DNA of 63,991 nt, the filler included, from an uncultured bacterium (GTDB lineage: Bacteria; Hinthialibacterota; Hinthialibacteria; Hinthialibacterales; Hinthialibacteraceae): NCBI GenBank assembly GCA_964449065.1. It is 10 parts of 10 records of this genome, joined end to end, with 100 filler letters (N's around TTAATTAATTAA, not from the genome) between each part and the next. Parts side by side here need not be neighbours in the genome. Positions count along the whole stretch, not along the records: positions 39,006 to 45,284 come from CAYVAZ010000309.1; positions 45,385 to 51,625 come from CAYVAZ010000310.1; 8 more parts are not named here. One strand, written 5' to 3'. The notes under the pieces were generated by a model, which made no database searches, had not been told where the DNA came from, and saw only the letters and a list, made by a program, of their open reading frames with translations. The translations under genes were made by a program, and so were the position numbers. Shown piece after piece: positions 39,167 to 49,222 of this stretch (the stretch's first letter is position 1; each line of letters begins with the position of its first letter).

Positions 39167-40864
39167 ATGAACGAGAAGATTAAATCTGAACTTGTAACAA
39201 TACTTATGCTCACCGCTGTTGCCGCGTTGTTTCGCTTGTTCTATTACAACGCTTACCTTGATCAGGTTCCGTATGCGTTGATCCCCCTGAATGACGCGCG
39301 GATGTATTGGCAATGGGGATTGGAGTTGTACCGCGAGGGGTGGAACCATCCGCATGATCAGGCCTATTATCAAGCGCCGCTGTATTCAATGTTTATCGCA
39401 CTGATGCATCACGCGGGTTGGCATTCCATCCAAAACCTCATTGGCATTCAATTGGTTTTAGGTGTTATTAATACACTCATCTTTTATGCGATGGCGAGGC
39501 AGTTTCTTTCATACCGCTTCGCGTTTGTTACAGCCATTTGCTTTTGTGTATGCCCGTTGGTTTTCTTTTTTGAGACGAAGTCCACCGCGACAACGTTGGG
39601 GTTAACGCTGTGGCTGTGCTTTTTGTTATCGATGCTGAAATGGCTGGATCAACAAAAACTATTTTTTTTGATTCCTGCTGCTGTGTTTGTGTCGCTGACG
39701 GTTATCTGCAGGCCGAATATGTTGTTTTCGCTGCCGTTTGTTTGCTGGTGTTTCTTTGTATGTGTTCCCAAAGATCAACCCGGATTGATAAAAATATCTA
39801 ACCATACTGCGTTATGGTTTCACCGTCATTTGCTGGTGTTTCTTGCGATTGTGCTGCTTGCGATTGGTGCCGTATCTATGCGCAACTATATGGCGAGTGG
39901 TGAATGGGTGCTGATCACCGGCAATTCGGGAGTGACGCTGTATATGGGGAACAACCCGCAGGCAACGGGGGGATTGGCGGTGATTCCCGGATTGTCGAAC
40001 AACATTGAAGATCAAGTGTATGGCGGGGTGCGGCTGGCATCTGAATTGGCGGGCAAGGAACTGACACTGAATGAATCCTCGCGTTTTTGGATGGGTAAGA
40101 CGGTAGAGTTTGTAACGAGTTATCCATTGCAATGGCTGATGCTGGAAGGGAAGAAGTTGCTTTGGAGTGTGTTTTATATCCCGCCGTCAGTTAACTATTC
40201 GGTGTTGTTTGAAGCGGAATGGCTGGGGTGGTTTTATGTACTGTTTATCCTGCAAGTGGTTATTTTCGTGAGCGGCATCATTGCGGTTTATCACGTATGC
40301 AGAAACCGGAATCCGCACAATCTCTTTTTGTTGTTGACACTGTGCGGTTATTTGCTGCTGAGTTTGGTGTATTACTCTTCCGCGCGTTTTCTTACGTCTG
40401 TTGTTCCTGTTTTGATCTTGTTGGCCGGGATGATGTGGCAGGATTATGTTGAAGGCGGACATGACAAGCGGATGAACCGGGCGCGGGTCATTTTGGTGGT
40501 ATGGATCGTTTTGTTTTTTGTGTGGAATCCATTCCTGCGGCAATATCAGACTCAGGATTTGGCGATGGGGTGGTACAATTTGGGCGTTTTGGCGGAAGAA
40601 AAACCGCTGTTGGAGGCGAACGCGAAAGAGTGCTACCGCAAGGCGTTGGAGTACAATCCCAATCATGCATCCGCCATGCTGAATTTGGGGACGCTGTTGG
40701 CGAAAGAAGGCGACCTTCTGCAATCGTCTGAATGGTTTGAGCAGGTGTTGGAAATGGAACCCTCAAATCAAACCGCATTGCAAAACTTAATTATTAATTA
40801 TCAACGATTGAATAGGCGGGATGAAATTGAGGCGTTGAAAGAGAAGTATTCACAGAGTCCGTAA
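39167..40864 (+). CDS. GT-C (ArnT/PMT-like) membrane glycosyltransferase with C-terminal TPR
   Basis: D...Y..W, YQAPLY, RPN, NSGVTLYMGNN, many TM segments, TPR tail; start ATG 39167 (the upstream extension overlaps a REP). Confidence 0.85.
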   Translation: MNEKIKSELVTILMLTAVAALFRLFYYNAYLDQVPYALIPLNDARMYWQWGLELYREGWNHPHDQAYYQAPLYSMFIALMHHAGWHSIQNLIGIQLVLGVINTLIFYAMARQFLSYRFAFVTAICFCVCPLVFFFETKSTATTLGLTLWLCFLLSMLKWLDQQKLFFLIPAAVFVSLTVICRPNMLFSLPFVCWCFFVCVPKDQPGLIKISNHTALWFHRHLLVFLAIVLLAIGAVSMRNYMASGEWVLITGNSGVTLYMGNNPQATGGLAVIPGLSNNIEDQVYGGVRLASELAGKELTLNESSRFWMGKTVEFVTSYPLQWLMLEGKKLLWSVFYIPPSVNYSVLFEAEWLGWFYVLFILQVVIFVSGIIAVYHVCRNRNPHNLFLLLTLCGYLLLSLVYYSSARFLTSVVPVLILLAGMMWQDYVEGGHDKRMNRARVILVVWIVLFFVWNPFLRQYQTQDLAMGWYNLGVLAEEKPLLEANAKECYRKALEYNPNHASAMLNLGTLLAKEGDLLQSSEWFEQVLEMEPSNQTALQNLIINYQRLNRRDEIEALKEKYSQSP

Positions 40865-40873
40865 GGAGCAGGG

Positions 40874-41632
40874 ATGCCGAAACTCTCAGTCATCATATTG
40901 GTTCATAATGAAGAGAAAAAAATTCGCCCGGCGTTGGAATCGGCGCAGTGGGCGGATGAGATATTGGTTGTGGATGATTACTCTACGGATCAAACCCTGC
41001 AGATCGCGATGGAATATCCCGTGCGGATTGTCAAGAATAAGTATGAGAGTTATGCCGCGCAGGTCAATTGGGCGTTGGCCCGCGCGAAGTACGATTGGGT
41101 GTTTGTGCTGGACGCGGATGAGCGGATTGTCGAGCCGCTGCAAAAGGAAATCCGGTCGATTTTGGAGTCGGAAGAGCCCGGGTATGACGGGTACCGGGTG
41201 TACCGCACCAGTTTGTTTTTGGGGCAGCGTATCCGGTATTGCGGTTGGCAGGATGATTATGTGACCCGGCTGTTCAACCGCAAACAGGGAAAGCATAGGG
41301 TCTTGACGGATCACTCGGATATTACCGTCGAGGGCAAGGTCGGGATATTGAAGAACCGGATGCTGCATGATACCTATAGTGATTTTGATGAATACTTTAT
41401 GAAGATGAAGCGCTATTCCGACCGGGGCGCGCTGGATTTGGCAAACGCGAATAAACGGATCACGTGGGTGCATTTAACCCTGCGCCCCTGGTTCCGGTTT
41501 GTGAAGATGTACTTTTTTCGGTACGGGTTTTTGGATGGAAAGTTGGGGTTGATTTTGTGCGGGTTAACCGCGTTTTATGTGTTTACGAAATACGCCAAGG
41601 CATGGCAGCGGCAAAATAGGATGGGTAAGTAA
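40874..41632 (+). CDS. GT2 glycosyltransferase (beta-1,4-glucosyltransferase / KdtX-LgtF-like)
   Basis: NEEKKI..ALES..WADEILVVDDYSTD.T, WVFVLDADE, GFLDG..G. Confidence 0.92.
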   Translation: MPKLSVIILVHNEEKKIRPALESAQWADEILVVDDYSTDQTLQIAMEYPVRIVKNKYESYAAQVNWALARAKYDWVFVLDADERIVEPLQKEIRSILESEEPGYDGYRVYRTSLFLGQRIRYCGWQDDYVTRLFNRKQGKHRVLTDHSDITVEGKVGILKNRMLHDTYSDFDEYFMKMKRYSDRGALDLANANKRITWVHLTLRPWFRFVKMYFFRYGFLDGKLGLILCGLTAFYVFTKYAKAWQRQNRMGK

Positions 41633-41668
41633 TCGAGTCAATCGTACCCCCCTTGGTTTTAGAAGTGT

Positions 41669-41980
41669 TTCCGGCTCGGCGGGAGCCTCGCCCTCCCAGT
41701 TATTGCTGCGAGAGTGGGTGGGCTGCGTTGATTCTTGAATCCCCCCTACCCCCCTTCAAAAGGAGGGCAACAACGGCGGGAGCCTCGCCCTCCCAGAGCA
41801 ATTCAAGATTGGATAGACAGAGAATTGGTATTGCACTTGCCGTAGGGGCACATTGCAATGTGCCCTTACACAACGTCTACGCAAACCTGAAATCCGTTAA
41901 TTGTGCTTCAACTGATGAATCAGATCGCTTTCCCACAAGCGAATCAAATTACATACCGGCTGGAAGCCGATGCTCCCCTT
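41669..41980. repeat. Mosaic of REP-like palindromes plus a MITE family 3 copy (41795-41893)
   Basis: CGGCTCGGCGGGAGCCTCGCCCTCCCA (second copy partial), CCCCCCTACCCCCCTT, GTAGGGGCACATTGCAATGTGCCCTTAC, ACCGGCTGGAAGCCGATGCT. Confidence 0.75.
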
Positions 41981-41999
41981 GATGTGAATATTAGGAACG

Positions 42000-44738
42000 T
42001 TATTGCAATCTGCTGGTTTGAGTTGTGTTTAAGGTTTCTTCGATTTTATTGCGCAGGGTGCGGATGGATTCGCGCACTTCATCCGCGCGCGAACTGCGGA
42101 GGAAGAAGGCGCTCCATTCCGCTTGTTGGATATTATCCAACGCGTTGCTTAGGTAGATGAAGTTGTATTCATCGTGCAGTGCCCAGCGGTATTGCGCGCG
42201 GGCAAGGGTATCCAAATAGGCAAAGTTGCCTTCATCCTTTTTGACGGCGCTTTCAGCCAATTGGTTGGCTTTTCGGAGAAGCGCGGTTTTGTCGTCTCCC
42301 TCTTCCATCTCACGGGCTTCGTTCAATAAAACCATCGCGTAGATGTTTTGGAAGAAATCGGTATATTGCACCGCCGGATTTAAGGCGATACTGTTTTCCA
42401 AATAAAAGCGGCTTTCTGCCATGGTTGTTTTTGGATCGTACACGGCGGAATTTTGGGCGAGAAAGAGCAGGTGATCGGCATAGATCAGGCTAAGCAGCCA
42501 GTCTTTGTCGGCGACTTGGCGTACGCGTTCGGGCACATCATCGATGGCGCGTTGGCGCAATGCGCGTTCCAGCACCTTTTCCACGTATTTGGATTGGGGA
42601 TTCCCCGCGTTTTCCGAACGTTCGGCCAAGGCCCAGTGAATGGTTTCTTTTTCAAAGCGGACGGATTCTTCCAGTAGAATGTAGCACAGCAGCACGAGAA
42701 TGGCTCCACCGACTAGCGGTACCAACTTTCGCCAAGAGACATTCGGTTTTTCTGTGGTTTTGTGCGCCGAACGCCAACAGGTTTCTTTAATCACCTTTGT
42801 GGTAATCAGGGCGTAGGCGAATATGTTGATTAATGAGCAGACAAACCAATCCAAGATGAGGGCGATACCGGTGATGGACTGTTGGTTGATCAGCCAACAG
42901 TTGATGGCGCCGCCGATGATATAAACGGCGATCATCACGCTATAGACATGATATGTATGCAGGGTTTCGCGTTTGCGGTAGCAGATCCAAACCGCAAGAG
43001 CTAACGAGATGGTCATCGTTGCTCCCATAAAGCCGGAGAGTCCGTACCAAAAGACCGCGGTGGAATAGTCAAGCAGGGGGGCGAGTTCTTTGGTTTTCGC
43101 CGTCAGCAAATCCATGTGGGAGAAGGAATATGAAAACATGAGGCTGTACGAAACGCCCGCCAATATGCTCAGGGGTATAAATTGCATCAGAAACGTGGGC
43201 CACTTCCATTTTGGAACGGCGTGCGTGCTCATCAGCAGGCGGAATTCGATTTGGGTGATCCAAGCGATCCATATAGCGGCCGCCAAAAACGAGAGGGGGC
43301 CGATCATAAAGATGCGGGTGAGTTCGCTGACGATTTCGGTGTAATTGAGATAGTTGGTCAAGACCGATTCGGGGAAGATAAACAACACGTTTTCGATTCC
43401 GAAAAGGGTTCCGAACACAAACGCCGAAAAAAACACGAGCGACAGATGCGAAGTGAAATCGGATGGATTGGTCCATTCGGCGAAGCGGCTGTACATCGAC
43501 TGTATCCTGCGTTCGACGAATCCCCTGCCGGTCCATTGAAACTGCAATTGCGTGGGAAGATAGACTTGCATATTCGCGGAATGATTGGGGGTTGTGCCGC
43601 CATGATTGTGCAGTTGCCTGCGGGAATCGCCGACCGCTTTGATGACGCTGGAGGGAGAATAGGCTTGCTGCAAGGGCTGCTGAATGCAAAGCGAGCGGTA
43701 AAATTCTTTGGATGCTTCGACCAGTTTGTCGTCATCCCGCACTTGGGTTTGATAACCCAACACGCACACGTTTAGTTCATGCAGCCCCGCGGCGAACCCG
43801 GCGGAGTATTTGCCGCGGCTGGAGGAACTGCACGCGTTGAGGAAAAGGATATCGGGAAGCGATTCGGTTTGGTTTGATTCCACCGCAACCGATAGCGCGC
43901 GTTTCAATTGATCCACATTTACGTATTCGATTCCACCCGGATCCGTTTCAAAACAGAGGCAGGGTTCGTCTTCATACATCACACCGTGGCCGCAAAAGTG
44001 AATGATGTGAAACGGTTTGTTTTTGGATGCCGATAGACACGAGTTGAGTTCGTCTAGGGTGGTGATGCCTTGCATTTGTTTTCCATGTGAAGGGGGGGAG
44101 ATGTTTATAAAGCCGCTGGTTTCGTTTTCGAGCGCGCGCAGGGTCAGAATTTCTTTTTGTGCGCCCGGCAAAGGAGAGAGACCGGCTTGGTTCAACACAG
44201 CAAGGTTTGAGAAAACGAAGGGGCTTACCAGCAAGATGCGCCAATCGTTGATATCATGCTTTTCGACCGCGAACGGATATTGGTGTTTGACATGATTGCG
44301 GACGATTTGCAGTTGGTAGCGTTGGCTGATGAATTGGTTTCCGTCGTGCAGATATTCCCACGGCAGGTCTTCCAGCGTGAGGCTCCATTCATTGCTTTCG
44401 GTGGACGGAGTTGAGAAAATCAGATAGAGGAGGCGTTCATCGCTGTGGTTTTCTAAATTGGCGAAGGTTTGGATAAGAGTTTTCTGCGCTTCTTCGCCTA
44501 AGATGGAGAAGAGTTTTTTTCCTGCTTCGACCGGATTGGAGGGCAAGTCAAAAGCCGGCGGTTTTGATAAGTTGTTCTCTTTCAAGTGAAAAGGGAGTTC
44601 CCCGGCCGCTTGAAAGCGCGGGGCGGGTATGGGAATATGGAGGCGGGTGTGTTTGCCCGCTTGATAGTAGAAATCGACGGCCAAGATGCCGTCTTCTTCT
44701 TCCGGGGTGCCGAATATCCAAAAGAGTTGATGATTCAC
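42000..44738 (-). CDS. CHAT (caspase-like) protease with about 7 TM helices and a C-terminal TPR-like domain
   Basis: LPWEYL, HIIHFCGHG (His), LFLNACSS (Cys), F.AGLH; seven hydrophobic segments; AYLDTLARAQY. Confidence 0.85.
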   Translation of the reverse strand: MNHQLFWIFGTPEEEDGILAVDFYYQAGKHTRLHIPIPAPRFQAAGELPFHLKENNLSKPPAFDLPSNPVEAGKKLFSILGEEAQKTLIQTFANLENHSDERLLYLIFSTPSTESNEWSLTLEDLPWEYLHDGNQFISQRYQLQIVRNHVKHQYPFAVEKHDINDWRILLVSPFVFSNLAVLNQAGLSPLPGAQKEILTLRALENETSGFINISPPSHGKQMQGITTLDELNSCLSASKNKPFHIIHFCGHGVMYEDEPCLCFETDPGGIEYVNVDQLKRALSVAVESNQTESLPDILFLNACSSSSRGKYSAGFAAGLHELNVCVLGYQTQVRDDDKLVEASKEFYRSLCIQQPLQQAYSPSSVIKAVGDSRRQLHNHGGTTPNHSANMQVYLPTQLQFQWTGRGFVERRIQSMYSRFAEWTNPSDFTSHLSLVFFSAFVFGTLFGIENVLFIFPESVLTNYLNYTEIVSELTRIFMIGPLSFLAAAIWIAWITQIEFRLLMSTHAVPKWKWPTFLMQFIPLSILAGVSYSLMFSYSFSHMDLLTAKTKELAPLLDYSTAVFWYGLSGFMGATMTISLALAVWICYRKRETLHTYHVYSVMIAVYIIGGAINCWLINQQSITGIALILDWFVCSLINIFAYALITTKVIKETCWRSAHKTTEKPNVSWRKLVPLVGGAILVLLCYILLEESVRFEKETIHWALAERSENAGNPQSKYVEKVLERALRQRAIDDVPERVRQVADKDWLLSLIYADHLLFLAQNSAVYDPKTTMAESRFYLENSIALNPAVQYTDFFQNIYAMVLLNEAREMEEGDDKTALLRKANQLAESAVKKDEGNFAYLDTLARAQYRWALHDEYNFIYLSNALDNIQQAEWSAFFLRSSRADEVRESIRTLRNKIEETLNTTQTSRLQ

Positions 44739-44913
44739 GGGTTACGGTTTTCGATTCTTAACAGTTTTTGATCATCATACACAAAATACCGGTTCGGCAA
44801 TACGCGGAGAAGCTATATTCACTGGGAAAGTTTTGCCAATATTAGCCAATCCGGTCGAGTATACGATATCCTGTAATAGAAGCGGCTTCCAGTTTTTGTT
44901 AAAGAGGAGAAGC

Positions 44914-45284
44914 ATGATGACTACTTACTCAAACTATTTGATTTATTCCATTTTATCTCTATTTCTGCTGCTACCGGTGATCTCCGGTCAGGCACAATCA
45001 CAAAAGCAAGATCCGGATGAAGAGCCGAAAATCGCGCTGCGGGTCGCCCGAATTTCTTATATGGAAGGCAATGTGACGGTTTTGCGGTATACCGAAGACG
45101 ATTGGACCGATGCGGAAATTAACATGCCGTTGATGGCGGGTGATAAGGTATACGCGGGAGTCGGCGCGCGGGTGGAAATTCAGTTGGATGACCAAACTAA
45201 CGTACGCATGGGTCGTGATACATCTATTTCGTTTCCATTGCTGGATGACGCGGTGGGGCGGTTGGAGATCACCCAAGGAAGTGT
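44914..45284 (+). CDS. FecR-domain (DUF6600-like) exported protein, 3' truncated
   Basis: GAGGAG RBS, signal peptide, VARISYMEGNV...W..A.INMPL..GD......RVEIQL. Confidence 0.75.
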
Positions 45285-45384
45285 NNNNNNNNNNNNNNNN
45301 NNNNNNNNNNNNNNNNNNNNNNNNNNNNTTAATTAATTAANNNNNNNNNNNNNNNNNNNNNNNNNNNNNNNNNNNNNNNNNNNN

Positions 45385-46749
45385 ACCACCGGGCAAGCCT
45401 TTGGAAGCAAATAGCAGCGTATTTGATGCAACGTTTAAACTCTGCAATGCCGTATAGCCGGTCACACTCAAAATCGAGATCGTGTTTTCAGAAAGATCAA
45501 GTGTAGTCATGGCTTGGTTGGCAAATGTGATCCCATCAATTCGGTTGCGGGAAAGATTTAAACTTTGCAGCGTATCCCCGGCTGATGGCGCAGCTGGATC
45601 AATCGCGCGCAGCATGTTATGAACCGCGGTTACGTTCCAAATGGTCGCGTCGCCAATCAAGTTGCCGGATAAATTTAGCGATACCAATTGGGTGTTTTGT
45701 GTGAATGATACACCGGAAACGCCGGATAGTTCTGTCCGGGATATGGCGTTATCCGCCAAATTCAAGAATGTCAATTCCGGGTTGCTGCTGGTATCCAATG
45801 AAGTGAATCCAGTAACGGGATCTTGGTTTAAGTTGGTTGCGGTTAAACTTTCCAATTTTGTTAACGGAGAAATATTCATTGTGGAAATATTCGGGTTGTT
45901 TGAAATAGTCAATGTAATCAAGAAACCCAAACGGTCCCAATCCGCAGCTGAAATATTCCCCAAGGCGTTGCCGGAAATGTCTAACTCTTCCAACTGAAAG
46001 TTCATCGGATCATTGGGCAGAATTAAATCGCTCGTGGGCGCGAATGAGGTGAAGCTGTTATCCGCAATAATTAAACTGCGTAATTCTTCATTGGCACTCA
46101 GATCCAAGGCAGAAAGACCGTTTCCGGAAGCGTTGAGCGAAATCAAATTGACGTTATTGGACAAATTGATGGTCGCCACATTGTTGTCTTTGAAATTCAA
46201 ACTTTCCAACAACACTTGATTGGATACATCCAAGTCAATAAACGCGTTGTTTTCAATATCCAAATCCCGCAAGTTCAACAAGCTTAACCCGCTGCCCAAA
46301 CCGCCAAGTTCGGTCAATTGGTTTGTCCCCAACCGCACCGTTTCCAGCGCCGCGTTGTTGGTCAAATCAATTTCCGATATTTGGTTATTGGATAAGTTCA
46401 GGGTTCTTAACGATGTCAATTGAGACACGGCGGATGCATCCGCGATATTGTTTCTCGCCAGGTTCAATGTATTTAAACCTGTAAAGAACTCGATCCCGGT
46501 GATATCCGAAATGCCGTTATCGTTATTGGTGAAAGTTGTTACAGCAGCGGCTTCCGCTTCTGTAAATTCACCGCCCGGAACAACCCCTACCGCGGTTTCG
46601 GCCGCCGCTCGGAATTGTGCATCCGGGAAGTTATCTACTGTGTTGATGTTTTGTGCGAAGGATTGAGTGATTCCAAACGAAATCACGAAAAGACTGACAG
46701 TAAGCAGATGAATGCTTACACTTATAAGTTGTTTACACGCTGTTCTCAT
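45385..46749 (-). CDS. Secreted leucine-rich-repeat protein, 3' truncated
   Basis: Signal peptide, FPDAQFR N-cap, ISDITGIEFF, many LxxLxLxxN repeats. Confidence 0.9.
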
Positions 46750-47220
46750 TTTACCACACCTTTCAAAATTTTCTGGCTTATTGCCGCAATTTTTGGCCCT
46801 CATACGACCTTACAAAGAACAATTCAAAAAATTCAGTTTTACACGCAACTTGGTACTGCATCGGCTAAAGAGTATGTTTCGCTGCTCACACGAAACAAAA
46901 AGACGCTTTTTTCGTTTTAATCTTCTCCTCCTATTCATGAAATTTTCGTGACCGGAAAAGGGTCTAATTCTTCGGTATAGGTTATCGGCATCTTGATCTT
47001 GAACTTTATATTTTTTTTTATTTTTTTTGGAGGGGTTTTTTTGCGGTATTACTTTTGCAGGTTTGTCAGAACAATGTTCAATATACTCATCGTGCTGGTG
47101 TAACGAAATAGAACACAAACAAGAAACTTTTCATTCGTTAACTATTTTGAATCTATTGTCGTAAGAATTCCCGAAAAACTTAACGATGAAAATTGAATTT
47201 ATGCTTCACGATTACAGAAA

Positions 47221-48384
47221 TCATGTAAGGTAGGCTTTGAGCAATGTTTTTGCGCCGCTTGACCAATTGAACAATCGCACGGCTCTATTGCGTGCTTTTT
47301 CGCCATCTTCTTTTTGCTTTTGGTGATTCGATAAATATTCAAGAATACCTTCTGTAAGCGCGTGCGTGGAACCCGCTTGTACTGCTATCCCGCTATCCCC
47401 CAGCATCATTTTTACTTCCCCGACATCCGACCCTACAACCGGTTTAGCGCAAGCAAGATATTCCGCAATTTTTAAAGGGCTTTTTGCCCGCGTGGTTTCG
47501 TCATCTTCAAAACAGGCCACACATATATCGGCAGCGGCAAGAATGGATGGAATATGCTTCTGTTCGACATACCCAGGCAGCCAGATGTTTTGTTTTACGC
47601 TTGAGCAGCGCGCCAATTTTCTCATATCTTCCAATTGTTCCCCGCCCCCGACCAACAAAAACTGCGCGTTAGGATTTTTTTGGCAAACCATTTCAGCGGC
47701 CTGGATCAACAAATACGCATGGGCTGCCCCTTCCATCTGCCCGATATATAGCACAACCGGAAGGTCTTCTTGAATCCCCCATTTATGCAGCAAGGCACTC
47801 GCTTTGGGCACATTCGGATGAAACCGCTCCAAATCGGCCCCTACAGGAAGATGAAAGGTTCTCTCTGCCGGATACCCCCATTGCACGGCACGGTCTTGAA
47901 TCCACTTGCTGGCATAGGTTATCGTATGCGCAAAGTGTGGAAGCATCCGTTCGTACATCGCAAGTTGCAGGCGGGAGAACAACCGCTTCTCCACTTTCTT
48001 TGATAATCCGGTTTCATTGTCATCCCAATCATAATGCAGCGGTTTGTTTAACATTCGCGAGACCCACAATACCGGCAAAGCGGTCGCGGCAAAACATTTT
48101 TGCAAATGGATGACATCGCAATCTTTGGCCAACTTGTAAAGCAGTTTGAAATTGGAAATAAAATGGATCTGCCTTGGTTTGAGATCATACACCGGGGGAT
48201 CATTGGGTTCCGGATATCGTATGGGAGGGGAGGTTGGCTTTTCTTTTCGTGGAAGGTGGCATAGCGTGATCCGGTGTCCACGGGCTTGCAGTTCACGCGC
48301 CAAAGCCAAAATGCGTATCGTCCATGGATCGTACCACAAATCATGTGGATGCACCATCAATACAGAAAGCGGTTTTTGTTTCAT
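47221..48384 (-). CDS. GT4 glycosyltransferase
   Basis: YDWDD, VLYIGQ, KSPLKIAEYLACAKPVVGSDVG. Confidence 0.9.
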   Translation of the reverse strand: MKQKPLSVLMVHPHDLWYDPWTIRILALARELQARGHRITLCHLPRKEKPTSPPIRYPEPNDPPVYDLKPRQIHFISNFKLLYKLAKDCDVIHLQKCFAATALPVLWVSRMLNKPLHYDWDDNETGLSKKVEKRLFSRLQLAMYERMLPHFAHTITYASKWIQDRAVQWGYPAERTFHLPVGADLERFHPNVPKASALLHKWGIQEDLPVVLYIGQMEGAAHAYLLIQAAEMVCQKNPNAQFLLVGGGEQLEDMRKLARCSSVKQNIWLPGYVEQKHIPSILAAADICVACFEDDETTRAKSPLKIAEYLACAKPVVGSDVGEVKMMLGDSGIAVQAGSTHALTEGILEYLSNHQKQKEDGEKARNRAVRLFNWSSGAKTLLKAYLT

Positions 48385-49215
48385 CTATTCTTCAATTACA
48401 TGAAGGGATACACAATCGCCGTATTGCAAGCCGGTTTGCTCTTTGGCGCTGCCTTGGTTTACCGAAACTTCCAGCCGATTGTATCCGTCAAATACTGTCA
48501 AGAGTTCGCCCGATTCTTTTTCTCCATACGAAGAAGAAATTCCATCGATTAAATCTTGCCCTGCTTTAATCCGTATGGTTTCGGGATCAATGCCATGCCT
48601 GTTTAACCATGCTTGATAATTATCATGGGATAACGTTGTAATCAAGTTGCCAAAACGGTCGATGTATTCAACCGAACATTCAATCGATTTTTTTGTGAAT
48701 TTCGTTTCCCGCTGAGGCAACAAAACCGGGTCATCAATTCGTTCACCCATCTCATCCATTGGAACTCCGGCAGCAATGTGCGCGGCCACTGGCGAGAATA
48801 TATCCCGCCCATGAAAGGTATGACTGACTTTATCCAACCAATAGCGCTGATTGGTGATTGAAATAATTTTCTTCTGTTCATTCAATCGTACTACCGGGGA
48901 CAACACCCCATTATCCGGCGCGATAAAATAATGCCCCGAAACTTCAACCGCGAGCATTCTTCGCGAGGTTCCCACACCGGGATCCACCACACATAGATGA
49001 ACGGTCCCCTGCGGAAAATACCCGAAAGACCATTGATTCAAAAACGCTCCGGCTTGGATCGAAAATTGCGGAAGGTCATGGCTGATATCCACCAGCCTTG
49101 CCGCGGGGCAGATTTGCAGCATCACACCCTTCATGACGCCAATAAAACCATCCGCAAGGCCAAAATCCGTTAACAATGTAATAACCGGCCGCTGTGTATA
49201 GGATACGTTTTTCAT
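48385..49215 (-). CDS. SAM hydrolase / SAM-dependent halogenase family (DUF62)
   Basis: ITLLTDFG, DISH, VVDPGVGTSRR, APDNG, TFHGRDIF, IDRFGN. Confidence 0.92.
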   Translation of the reverse strand: MKNVSYTQRPVITLLTDFGLADGFIGVMKGVMLQICPAARLVDISHDLPQFSIQAGAFLNQWSFGYFPQGTVHLCVVDPGVGTSRRMLAVEVSGHYFIAPDNGVLSPVVRLNEQKKIISITNQRYWLDKVSHTFHGRDIFSPVAAHIAAGVPMDEMGERIDDPVLLPQRETKFTKKSIECSVEYIDRFGNLITTLSHDNYQAWLNRHGIDPETIRIKAGQDLIDGISSSYGEKESGELLTVFDGYNRLEVSVNQGSAKEQTGLQYGDCVSLHVIEE

Positions 49216-49222
49216 CACATCC

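Noticed and set aside
41669..41980. Possible CRISPR array suggested by repeated palindromes
   Set aside because: The units differ from each other, there is no regular repeat-spacer period and no cas genes are present. It fits a REP/MITE mosaic.
46810..47118. 102-aa Lys/Arg-rich ORF
   Set aside because: It has no RBS or recognisable motif and lies in the AT-rich promoter region of the LRR gene.
48385..49215. Fluorinase/chlorinase natural-product cluster
   Set aside because: Motifs fit the common DUF62 SAM hydrolase, and no biosynthetic genes are adjacent.
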